Source: Octopus sinensis (Eukaryota). From it: DNA of 64,000 nt. Position 1 is the stretch's first letter, and every line of letters begins with the position of its first letter. Shown in pieces: positions 50,460 to 62,160 of this stretch. Below the pieces are notes generated by a model. It searched no databases and had not been told where the DNA came from. It saw nothing but the letters and a program-made list of their open reading frames with translations. Where the stretch lies: positions 62,001-126,000 of the forward strand of contig NW_021832611.1 in assembly GCF_006345805.1 (NCBI RefSeq), read 5' to 3'. The translations under genes were made by a program, and so were the position numbers.

Positions 50460-51924
50460 GTTTATATTAAATTTTTATCTGCAACAGTTTTAAATTTCAA
50501 GTTCTTTTTGTCTAAATTTGTTAATAAATGAAAGCATTTTAAATACGTGTTTTGAACGTTATTGTCAATTCCTTTTTCAGTAAGAGTCATTCTATCAAAA
50601 AGACACAGAGGCATTCCAATTATTCCATGCCAATAAAATAAATATTTGTCAACATTACGAAATATTTTTGAGATCCACTTTATATCGGCTAAATATCATA
50701 TCATAAATGCTGTTTTCTTCATTGTTTTTGTTATCATCAATGTCTAAAATTTATGAAATTAAAATGATAACCTGGAAACTGAGTATAAAGTGCATAAGAA
50801 AGAGCAGGAGAATTTGTACTATTAAATAAAATATTATAACTATCTTACCGTACTGCATTTAAAAGATTCGAGTTTTTCCTAAATATGATTAAAACAATTA
50901 TACGGAATATGATTGGTCACTGTTTTAGCAGATTTAGTGAGCATTTTTTGAGCATCTTCACTCAAATTGCTGGTTTTGTCTAAATTATTTTAAATTTAAA
51001 AATTATTACTTTTTAAAGCGATCCGTTCAATCGAATAAGGATTGAACGTATCAGTGCTTAACAATCTAAAAAAATTATTGCTGTTATTTACCTTTCAATT
51101 TCACGTTGAATTATTTCAAACCCTACACGCCTGTTAGAAACCCAAATTGCATAGCAAATATAACTGTGAAGATTCTTTTAAAATAAAAATTAAATTGAAC
51201 ATTAAAAAGTTTTTGATCTTTCTTGGTAGTCGAATAATTGGTCCTAATTTATTATTTATGCGTAATACAACCATCCACATCGCATGTGATGGAAAGACTC
51301 GAAGCCTCGTCCAAGAACGATTGGCAAATATGCATGGCCAACAATTTTTTCGGCGATATTCAGCAATTCTGTTATTTTAATAACCTCTTCCTTCTTCTTG
51401 GCACTGATATCACTAATAAAGTCATTAATTTAAGTTATTTTTATTTATACATAAATGATGGGTCAAGAGACGCTTCCCATTGTAATTTACGAAAAAAACA
51501 GTTAAAATAATATAAACATGCTCTTAAAAATATTCCACAAAAGTCCGATCTAAATAATCAAGTTAATATCATACTCGATCAAAACAATCAAGTCGTTGCT
51601 GATAGTGACAACGTTCGCCAACATCCTCACTGCCAAGTCTGAAAACATCATTTTTCGTTTAATTAAAAACCCTCGATCATAGACAAAGTTACTACTGATT
51701 CTGATGTTTTCTTATCTGATTCAGCTCTGCTAATCGTTTCTCGTTGTGATATGAGCCTGTTTAAATGGTAAATTATATCTCGTGCCTATCAAGAGCGCGT
51801 CTTCTTTGTAATTCTCCTACGCTTATTTTTTTGCGGCGTTGAGGTTTATCTCTATTTTATTATTTATATTTTGTAACCGATGGAATTCAATTGTTTCATT
51901 TTCGTTATCCCAGTACCATTTCAT
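50460..51924 (-). CDS. PPP1R36: PPP1R36-like protein (ends approximate)
   Basis: Spliced: KWYWDNENETIEFH...IVLGRGFESFHHMRCG...LHSYICYAIWVSNRRVGFEIIQREIE|RLLSTDTFNP...GIIGMPLCLFDRMTL; HHMxCG and EIxRL..FNP motifs recalled for PPP1R36. Confidence 0.6.
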
Positions 51925-52139
51925 TCTTATTATTCCTTGGAAATAATTTTATGAATTTGAATAATTTCATTCATAAAATTAAAATTGGAAAAAAGACAAA
52001 TAAACATTTTTACTAATATTTTGTCGAGTCAACTTATCTGAACAAAATTTTTTTTAAAAATAACTATAAAATTTTAATAATAATGGCTGAATAAAACAAT
52101 ATCCTAATGAAATTGATTCCATTTTTCCTTCATAAATTG

Positions 52140-52861
52140 TATTAGATGATCCCGACATTCCCAATCAATCTACGCATCTTCTCTCCGTGTTCAGCCAGGG
52201 ATCCGACGATCTTCTGATTGGACGAGGATCCAAGGGTCTGGGCTGTTGCCAGCATGTTTTAACATGGAAAACAGACCCCGACTTCCACACAAGGGTTTCG
52301 AAAGAAACTGTCTTTATAAGCCGTTCAGTAAAACTGGAGATTCCGCTGTAGGTTAGAGATTTTTAGCAGATTTGTTAAGATTAGATATTATCCTGAGGCA
52401 CTACATGCATAACCAATAGAGGGCTCGACATATTGTTTGTATATAGAGTCAAACCAGGGTTTTTGTATTTTTGTGAATGACCCAAGAAAAACTTTTAAAA
52501 AGTTCAATCTTCTCGATACTTTAGTTGTAAGACTCTCAATATGCTTAGAGAATGAGAATTGGATGTTAAAGGTCACACCGAGTATTTCCTGCGTTTTTTT
52601 AGCAGAATTCTCGTTCCATTCAAACGAAATTGATTTTAGACTTGGATATTTTTTGTTAGTCGTGAATAGAGTGGTCAAATTTTGGTCCCGTGATCCTATG
52701 CTGATATCATAGGAGAGTAAGATGTCTGCCTGGTGATTGGGAATAGAAATGTCGCTCATGTAAAGGCTGAAAAGAGTTGATGATTCTTGAGGGACAACGT
52801 TTGGTAACAGTTTAGAAACAGAGTTTATTCGGACATGATTTACAAGGCCTTGAACGTCCAC
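52140..52861 (-). mobile_element. degenerate LINE RT fragment
   Basis: VRINSVSK..NVVPQES..LFSLYMSDI...EILGVTFNIQFSFSKHI...RRLNFLK...YKQYVEPSIGY. Confidence 0.75.
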
Positions 52862-53000
52862 TTAAAAAAATTTGCTAACCATAGTATTTACATTTTGGAA
52901 AAAGGTTCTAAATAAAATGTAACTAAAAATATTTGGAATTTAATTGTTTAAGTTAAACTATTTAATCATTATTAAATATTAATCACGTTTATCATATTTA

Positions 53001-53558
53001 ATGTCTGGTTGGTGTTAATTCTATTTTATGATATATAAACGATAATTAATATTTATTATAGGTAAGGCTGGTTCAGTTGGTGGAAAGTTTCGAACAACAC
53101 TTGGTGTTCCAACATATGGAGTTGTCAATTGTGCAGACAATACTGGTAAATGAATAATTAATCATATAATAGGAGCAAAAAATTTATTCCTTATCTCTGT
53201 AAAAGGATATAAGGGAACTCTAAGTAGACTTCCTGCAGCCACCGTTGGGGATGTTTTTATTTGTTCTGTCAAGAAAGGAAAACCGGAACTTAGAAAGAAA
53301 GGTTATTTGTGAGTATTTCGACTGTATTTTCAGTATTGAAGGCTATTCTTGTTAGACAGCGTCAACATATTCGTAGAAAGGATGGCTCCACTATTTTCTT
53401 CGAAGATAATGCGGGAGTTATTGTCAATGACAAACATGAAATGAAGGGTTTGTTTATGAATTCAGACATACATAGGAACAAGCATAAATGGACCTGTTGC
53501 TAAAGAATGTGCTGATCTATGGCCGTCTATTGCTTCACATGCTAGCAGTATATTCTAA
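53001..53558 (+). CDS. RPL23: 60S ribosomal protein L23 (uL14)
   Basis: Four introns, including 53146-53172 (27 nt) and 53448-53475 (28 nt): [19 protein letters not shown]...NCADNTGAKNL...[40 protein letters not shown]...[22 protein letters not shown]. Confidence 0.97.
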
Positions 53559-53629
53559 ATTATTTGGGTTTTTTGTTTTTCAATTTTTGTTCCTAATTTC
53601 ATGAATTTAAATTATCTTTTACGTATTAA

Positions 53630-54300
53630 ATTTAAGTAAGTTTATCAATTAGTTTTATAAATAATCGGTGTATTTTGGTATTACTTAAAGAAATACTTGT
53701 CTTCTGGCCAAATATAAGTTCTAGAAATGTAAAAATTTTCCGATCAAAATACAGACTTTTTAGGAAATTAAGGGCTGCAATGGCCTTCTTCCATCGAGAC
53801 ATTAAGTAAATAGTTTTCATCAATTGAGATGTACTGGATAGAGCTTCGTTGTGGAATCCAATAAAAGGAAGCAGATTTACGACGTTTTAAAAAAACTGAG
53901 GAGAGCATACTTGTTTAAAGCAAAGGTTAGTTGCTTAGTCCAATATCGCTGTTTGATTTTCTTCAGATTGACGGTAAAGCTGCATTCAGATAACAGTGTG
54001 GGTCTTTTGAAATTTAAGGATTAATATATCGTCTAACTAAAGCAGTGAGTCAGTCTGGGGATCGACGGGTGTAAGCTCTCTTATGTAAAAACGAATAAAA
54101 AGATTTCAGATTCTAATATAGAAAACATAATTCGCATAACTATAAATTCTAAATTTTGTTCAGAATTTATAAATTTTATTTTCAGGACTGCTGGAGAGTG
54201 TTCAAAGACTAAAATATTCTTTCAAAAAGGTTAATGTGGATTTACCTTTTTTTAAATAAAAGAATGGATCATGTGCTATTTTTGCCTCTAAAATTACATT
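53630..54300 (-). other. possible multi-exon gene of unknown identity
   Basis: Alternating short GT-AG-bounded segments and open stretches (PTLLSECSFTVNLKKIKQRYWTKQLTFALN); I could not splice a full frame. Confidence 0.3.
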
Positions 54301-54456
54301 CGTATCAAATCTATACAATTTTCAATTCAAGTTTGAAATTCTTATATCAATTTTGACACTTTTTGAATCAATTTCGACAATGCGATATTCAAATTTGACA
54401 ATACGACATTCAATTTTGACACTTTTGCATCAATTTTGACATTTTATATTAATTTT

Positions 54457-56551
54457 TGTCGTAAGTTATAATGTCTAGGCCCGTTCTAAGTGTCCGGAGT
54501 GATAAATCGGATTTATCACTCCAAATCATCTAAATTCTTTGTTTAAGATCTGAATATGAAAATCTTAATGATTACATTTTGTTAATTCAATAATTTTTTA
54601 AATTATTAAAATTTGAAAAAAGTAACTCAGTTAACAAGAACGCGGAAATTAAACAAAGAAATTTTCATCAATCAGGTGACTGAGCGTCATAGTAACGAAC
54701 ATAAAAATGTAAGATTACTCTATGCGAATTTTTTTTCACAATTAACCTCAATTAATTCATTCAAATCCTTTAGTTTATAACTATTTGTTGATTGCTAAAA
54801 AGACTATAAAATATAGATATGATTGACTAAATCAAAAACCGAAACTAAACATAAAAATAGATAATAAAATTTACAAACATTGTCCCAAACACGTCTCGTA
54901 TAATATAAATTCAGTTTTCAACAGAGTCTGTATTTAACCGCTACATATGATTCTGTGCAAACTCTTCCGGTCCTTATTTATGTGACGAAAAGGGTTTAGA
55001 CGAGATGACCTTCTTCCAGTATAGAAGCAACGTCTCCTATGTCGAATAAAACAAAGCAAAAGTTCACTTATATTATGAAACAATTTTTAAAAAACATTAC
55101 AAATTGATTGAATATAAAATGAAAATGTAATTTTTTAAAAGTTAATTTTTTTAATCATTGACTTTGGAATTGTCTTCCTTTCACCAGATGTGCAATTCTC
55201 AACGAGAACGGAATGCAGAGAAACTTCTTCCACTACTAGAAATGAAATTATTAAATTAGGGTCAAACTACTAAGTAAAGTCAACAAACTAATGAATTCTC
55301 CCAGCGAGACGGAGGGAACAGCTGTTGCCACGCATGACAGCCAGCAGGATCCTCTGAATGAGGAAAGTAAATTCCCTAGGGTCCTTGGACACGCGAAGAA
55401 CAAAGAGTGTCCCAATTTCTTTAGGGAAGTGAGGGTCCCGGAGCCAAAGACGCCGGAAGTCTCGACAACGATTGGCCAAAACCAAAAGTCATCCATCAAA
55501 GACTGATATTTCCGGCACTTCGAAAGCTCAGCCTTATTAGCACGAGACCCAGCAAGAGAGGCCGATTCGTTGATGAAGACTTTGAGAAGGTATCCACACA
55601 AGTGGAATCCCAGACCAAAGGTCTCCCAGAATAAAACGAGAACAACGTACTAGAAATGTTCCTTGCTAAAAAAACTAGTGAGTGGATATTTTCTTGTTTT
55701 TATATTTTTATCGAAATCAATTTTAATTGTAACATTATCTCCAATTGTGATATCTTTTTTTCGAAAATTTTTATTTGCGTCTTCTGTAACTTTTCTTTTA
55801 TACTTTTAATTATGAGTTTTTACTTCTAAGGATAATTCCGTTTCTTCCGATTCTGAGTTAATCTCTTCTTCTTCGCCTCCACATGGCAAAATATTAAAAC
55901 CCGTTATTCCGTAAAATAGACTGGGTAAATAAAAAGAGACTAACCAAAATGGTGACTTTTTAGTTCCGCGATGACAAGTTATGTTGTATTATACACCACC
56001 TTCTGTAGAATTTCTCTCCACCTTATATATTCTGTTGCGAACAAAGTCTTCCCCCACCAACGTTTGAGAGTTTGGTTATATCTTTCTATTTGTCCTTGAG
56101 ATTGTGGGTGCCTTGGTCTTCCATATATCGGAGTTATTTTCCAATCATCAAAAAGTTTTGAAACTTCTTTGTTGCGGAATTCCTTTCCATTGTCCGAATG
56201 AAAATAAATTGGAGGACCGACAGTCTGGAATAAACTCTCAATTGCATTATAGATGCTTTGTGATGTTTTATTCTCTAACGCGAACTTTAAAATATAGACA
56301 TTTTCATCCCCAATTCGACCCATTTCCTATCTAATTCAACAAAAATAAAATTTCAATTTTTTTGCCTACCAGAAAAACATGCGGGTACATTTTACCAATA
56401 ATTTCATCCGTATCCCCGTATAGGACGTTATTTAACCAAAATTAGGCGACACAAATAAAATTTATTCCCAAAATCATAATGATTTGGAGTGATAAATCCG
56501 ATTTATCACTCCGGACACTTAGAACTGGCCCGGACGCTATAACTTACGACA
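54457..56551 (-). mobile_element. Ginger2/TDD-like integrase transposon, family A copy 2 (both TIRs, internally deleted)
   Basis: ~73-bp TIRs TGTCGTAAGTTATA...; 5-bp TSD ATTTT at 54452-54456 and 56552-56556; rve ORF 55979-56323 (FHSDNGKEF...HPQSQGQIERYNQTLK). Confidence 0.9.
55245..55647 (-). mobile_element. 5'-truncated CRE-clade insertion inside family A copy 2
   Basis: WPIVVETSGVFG...FLIQRILLAVMRGNSCS; 11-bp TSD TACTAGAAATG at 55234-55244 and 55648-55658; absent from copy 1 (about 16447); same subfamily as 38457. Confidence 0.88.
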
Positions 56552-56606
56552 ATTTTTAACTTTTGCCGATTTGTTATTTATTTTTTTTTGTTATTTTTTT
56601 TTCATT

Positions 56607-58475
56607 TTTATATAATAAAATGGTATGGTGTGGTGTCTGTCTGTCTGTCTGTCTGTGTGTCTGTCTGTCTGTGTGTGCACACCAACTTCAAATTGGCAAT
56701 ACGATGTCCTCGACTTACATGATGAGGTCCTTAAAACCTTCCCCCCCAAAAAAATTAAAAAAAAATTTTCTGCATTTTGTTAAAATGAACAACTACAATG
56801 TCCTCGACTTACATGATGAAGTCCTTAAAACCTTCCCCCCAAAAAAATTAAAAAAAAATTTTCTGCATTTTGGTTAGAATGAACAACTACAATGTCCTCG
56901 ACTTACATGATGAAGTCCTTAAAACCTTCCCCCCCAAAAAAATTAAAAAAAAATTTTCTGCATTTTGGTTAAAATGAACAACTACAATGTCCTCGACTTA
57001 CATGATGAAGTCCTTAAAACCTTCCCCCCCAAAAAAATTAAAAAAAAATTTTCTGCATTTTGGTTAAAATGAACAACTACAATGTCCTCGACTTACATGA
57101 TGAATCTCTTAAAACCTTCCCCCCCAAAAAAATTAAAAAAAAATTTTCTGCATTTTGGTTAAAATGAACAACTACAATGTCCTCGACTTACATGATGAAG
57201 TCCTTAAAACCTTTCCCCCAAAAAATCAAAAAATTATTTTCTGCATTTTGATTAAAATGAACAACGCGAATGTCCTCGACATTCATGATGAGGTCCATTA
57301 AAACCTTCAAGGCAAAAATCTCACGTATTAAGAATATCCTTGATGAAAACGACAGCGAGAATATTAACAATGATGAACTCCCATTATTCGCGATAAAGAA
57401 ATTCAATTCATCCTATGTTTTTCTCTTTAAAATTAAATGCATATATCATTATCGACCATGAATCAAAATTAAAGCTATTATCATATTTGACTTTGACAGA
57501 ATGTGCATCACAGATTGCACGACTTTGAATAGAGTGTGCAAGTAACAGATTTAGAAAAACCACTTTGATAGTTGAAACCACATTAGCACAATCATTACCA
57601 CAATTTACCACCATTGACGCACGACCTTGAATAGAGTGTGCAATTAACATTTTTGAAAAACACTTTGATAGTTGAAACCACATTAGCACAATCATTAACA
57701 CAATTTACCACCAATTGACGCACGACCTTGAATAGAGTGTGCAATTACAGATTTTGAAAAACACTTTGATAGTTGAAACCACATTAGCACAACCATTAAC
57801 ACAATTTACCACCAATTGACAGCGCAATCAGAAGAATTTGCGTAAAAATATTAACTATTTACTTGAGTTTTTCGTAAAGATAGAATTTATTTTCGGTATG
57901 CCTCTTTTCCTAAACTTTTTTATTATTCAAAAATAATTTTTTAAATAGATAACCGAAGGAGGAAAAAAAGCTGAAGAAAAAACGGTCAGCTTAATAAGGT
58001 AATTAATTAAATCTTTTTTGTGTGTCGCTTCTTGCCTGCCGCATTTCCGCCTGCCGTATCTCCCCCTGCCCCATTTCCGCCAGTAAAAAATAAAAAAGAA
58101 AAAAAAGGAAATTACAAAGGAAAAATGAAAAAATTAAATATAAAAAAAAATAAACCACAAAAAATGAAAAAAAAGTTTGCAATGACAATAAACAAGGCCC
58201 AGGGACAGTCATTAAGGTAGTTGGGTTATTTTTAGAGAGTGAGTGCTTTTCACATGGACAGCTGTATGTGGGATGCTCGAGGGTAGGCAGAAGAGAAAAT
58301 TTATTCATATATGCCAAGGAAGGACGGACGACAAACATCGTTTATCAACAGGCGATAGAATAGGGTTACATAAACCAGGTAGTTTTATACATCTACATAA
58401 ACTTATAGTTGTTTGATGAAACAGGCCCTCCTCGCAGAGCTAGGTCGCGGTGAGCGAAGCGAGCTGCCGAGCTAG
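56607..58475 (+). mobile_element. non-autonomous Helitron copy 3
   Basis: Same architecture as copy 1; seven 95-bp units; three ~100-bp secondary repeats; 3' CTAG at 58472-58475; 5' TC is degenerate. Confidence 0.88.
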
Positions 58476-58499
58476 TATTTTATATTTTATGATTCGCCG

Positions 58500-58845
58500 T
58501 TCCTGTACGAATTTTATGTCAAGAAAAAATTCAAGAGTATCAGAAACTACAGGAAGAGCATTTATGAATAAATATGAAGAGGGCGGGGATTATATACAGC
58601 TTGCTCGCGATCTTGGTGTCAAGAGGACAACAGCTATAGCCATTGTAAAAAGTGGAAATCCGTATCTTTGTAAACGTAGAGGTAGAAAGGATGCTACAAT
58701 TAAACTTACGGATGATATGAATTTGATAATTGAACAAAATGAGAATAATCGATCGATAAAATTGAAGGAATTACGAAAATTAGTAAATAATAAAGTTTTC
58801 ATTGCGACAAACCTACAAAATGCTGCGATGAGAACCAATTGAACG
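58500..58845 (+). mobile_element. IS630/Tc1-like transposase N-terminal HTH fragment
   Basis: RVSETTGRAFMNKYEEGGDYIQLARDLGVKRTTAIAIVK...RRGRK...ENNRSIKLKELR; truncated by the CRE fragment. Confidence 0.55.
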
Positions 58846-59550
58846 CATTACGAATGTGAAATTCGACGACCAAGGGTGGGACCAAGCGACCCTACCCGTT
58901 AACCTAGGCGGACTGGGAATCCCTTCTCCAAAGGATCTGGCTTGCCCGCATATCTATCCTCTTTGGACTCCAGCCAACTGCTGATCAGGATGATTCTCCA
59001 ACTCCAAACTGAATCATCTGAAATCACAGAGATGGAGCATTCGAAGGGGATGATGCCTAAGCAGAAATACCGTTACAGGACCATCTGCGAGAATAAGTAT
59101 GAGAGGCTTCTGAACCAATCAAACCAACACAGACGTGCCTGTCCAGTGACTAGAAGATGCGAATCGAGTGGAGCTTGGATCAATGCACTCCCCGTTGATA
59201 GTGTCGGAACCCACCTTGACGACGATACTGTCCGCATTGGCATCAGCACCCGACTTGGACTGGAGATTTGCCGAACTCACAAATGCCGGTGTGGGGCCAC
59301 TGTCGTTTGTTATGAACACCATGTCCTTTCCTGTCGAAGAAGTGCAGGACGATTTCCAAGACACAAGGCGATCAACGAAATTGTCAAGCAAGCCCTGCAG
59401 TCTGCAAGATACCCCGCCGTACTCGCCGTACTTAAGCCACGACACACGTGAGACCCGGTGGCTTCTCCAGTTGATCTCCGTTGCTATTGTGAGAGGCAAC
59501 GCAACGTCAATAATGTTAGCGGAGTTCACTTCGGATGGATGGCCTTGTTA
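58845..59550 (+). mobile_element. CRE-clade fragment with internal deletion
   Basis: WDQATLPVNLGGLGIP..PAYLSS...SGAWINALP...CRCGATV..EHHVLSC...RHKAINEIV, then jumps to the IAIVRGN end. Confidence 0.8.
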
Positions 59551-59859
59551 ACTTCTAGTAAATTACAATTATTTTATTAGAAGTAAACACAATTCAATTT
59601 GGTATATAAAATTTTAACATTTAAAAACAGCTTAAAATTATTTTCTAGGCAAGTTTTTTGCTGAAATTCTAATGTCTTCACAATTTTTTATCAAGTAAAA
59701 AATACACATCAAACATCAGAAAAGTTGAGACTAACCCTTTTAAAATATTTTATCATTTCAGAACCATTCTTTAAATTTCCTAATGACAATATCAAACTCA
59801 ATTTTCATGTAAAATTTTTTTACATTTTTTTTCCATTAGATAATTTTATTGACTAAAGA

Positions 59860-60020
59860 AAACTGGTCATTGGCAGATAGCGAGAGTATTGCCTCTAACT
59901 AGGCTATGGATATTCGTTCTGTTAAATACCAGTGCTCAGACGGGTCGCCGATAACCCTTTCCATTAATGAATCAATCCGCAGGAGTAGGTTCCGAGTAGG
60001 AGGCCCCTATATTCCCTTGA
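59860..60020 (-). mobile_element. short CRE 3' end (same subfamily as 32420)
   Basis: Minus strand GGCGACCCGTCTGAGCACTGGTATTTAACAGAACGAATATCCATAGCC...GGCAATACTCTCGCTATCTGCCAATGACC aligns to 32840-32930. Confidence 0.85.
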
Positions 60021-60110
60021 TTATACTTATTCAGTTTATAATAATATTATAATTTATTTAATATTTTCAAATACTTCCCGGCACTTTATAGAACGTTGTG
60101 AAGCATAAAA

Positions 60111-62059
60111 ATGGTAAATATCCCCACTATTGAGGAATTAAGAGAAGAGTTTTCGTATTATCTTATAACTATTGATGACCCAGTTATATATCAGAAATGT
60201 ATAATATATACTAACTATATAAGTAATAGAAATGAGCATTTCCTTCAGTATTGATGCAAGAATGCTGGCAGCAGAGTGGATGGCTTATTGCTGCTCTAAC
60301 CAAACCGACAATAATGAAATAACCAATAAAACACTCCATATTTTCCAATCTAGTCTTTCAGGGGTTTAGAGCTGGTCCTTACTTTTAGAGAACTTTTAAA
60401 TCTAAGCGGAAAGAATATGAAACCGTTCTCAGCACAGTGGACAGAAGAATGAGTGTATTTATATTATGTTTTATACTATTTTCAGTCACAGTCATGCACA
60501 ATTGACAAGTCAGTTTTGTCGGATTACGGAAATATCGACAGTTCTGTATTTTTTGATATTTAATTGTTTTTAGATTGATAATTCGAGATCTTTTTTAAAT
60601 GAAGATTTAACTAGTGGTCAACCTTCAATAATTTTTAAATACAGTGGCGCTAAAATATTTTACACTGATGTGGTCCCGAATAGATCACATATTGAAATCA
60701 TACCAGAACTAATTATAAAACCAAAGAAAATAATGTTTGAAAAGAATTTGGATATTTCTAAAGCTATAAACACAAGAATAAATTATTTTGACAACCTTTT
60801 TTGTAAATTTTATAACATAGCACTATCCCATGTAGCACTTCCATCCCAGGTAATTTTAGTTATTAAATTAAGCAACACATTATTAAAAAATTAATTTGAA
60901 ATGTTTTTAATTATAAAAGGAAAATATATTTGTGGGTGGAATGATTATATCTGACTCACCAAAGCCTTCAATTCACACTTTAAAGCTTCAAGGATCACTA
61001 GAAACCTCGTGTGGACTGAGAATCTTGCTTGATTTTTCTCACTGTTTGGATAATTACAGTATTTTTGAAGGAAAGGTGAATTAAATAATCAAATTTTTTA
61101 GCATGTGGTTTTTTCCGGTCAGAATATCACAGGAAAGATGTTCAATGTTGAAAAAATACTTGAAGTATATATTAAATCTTATTTCTAGCCACCTCCTCTT
61201 CCATTCAACAGTTTAAGTGGGAATTTTAGTCCACATGGATTGAATATAGTCACAGCTTGTGGACCTTTTAGTTCAGAAAATGAGTTTAAAGCTCTTTCTG
61301 TACTACTAAAGAGAATTGATCAACTAGAAATGGGAGTGGATGTAATTTTTCTGGTTATAATTTCAATATTTATTAGTAGATTGGTCCATTTGTAGATATC
61401 AGTGTACATTCTTTATATCGTTCATACGATGAGATCTTCCATGGGCTTATAAATACTATGGGAGAGTTTTTGGAGTCAACGGATAGGCATATTGTGTTAG
61501 TTCCCTCTGAAAGAGATGTTTTTCATTTGCCTGTGTTTCCTCAACCGCCTTTTGAATATTCTGGACATAAAAATCTGCATTTTGTATCCAATCCTACTGT
61601 GGTCAGGATTGGGGGGATTACAATATCTGCATCTTCTGTTGATTCTCTTTTTTCGCTCAGTTCCGGAGAAGTCTCAAAGTTAGAGTTGTTTGTTATTTTT
61701 ATTTAGTTGTGTTGGTGATAGAATAGGGAGGTTGTTGGGTCATTTAATAACATATGGTGTATCCCCTGTTTACCCTGTTCAGAGTTCTGGAACTCACGTG
61801 GTTTATAGAGAGAGGACTCCGTGTCCTTTGATTGAGTATAAACCACATTTAATGTTTCTAAGTTCTGAATTGAGGTATTTTATTAAGGTTGTTATTTCTG
61901 AATATTTTGTAGGATGTGGATGGATGTTTATGTGTTAATCCTGGAAGAGTTGTGAAAGGAGAAGGGAATGGGTCGTTTTCATATATTCGTCTATTAGTCG
62001 ATGATTCTATTTCATCTGGATTTTCTGTTCTTAGTGGGGAAATCATTTCACTTTATTGA
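60111..62059 (+). CDS. POLA2: DNA polymerase alpha subunit B
   Basis: Spliced: MVNIPTIEELREEF...LAAEWMAY...SLFSGQNI...IVTACGPF...IGPFVD...IVLVPSERDVFHLPVFPQPPF...FVSNP..VRIGG...PHLMFLSSELRYFIK|DVDGCLCVNPGRVVKG...GEIISLY*. Confidence 0.93.
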
Positions 62060-62160
62060 ATTTTTTGTAAATATTTACCCTTTATTGTGAAATAAAAATT
62101 TAAATAATTTTGAGCTGCAGAAAAATTCTTTTTTATTTTTTGTTTGTAAGTAAATTAAAC

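Noticed and set aside
54320-54450. Degenerate CAATTTTGACA short repeats beside the family A TIR
   Set aside because: Few, irregular units outside the TSD; ordinary low-complexity DNA.
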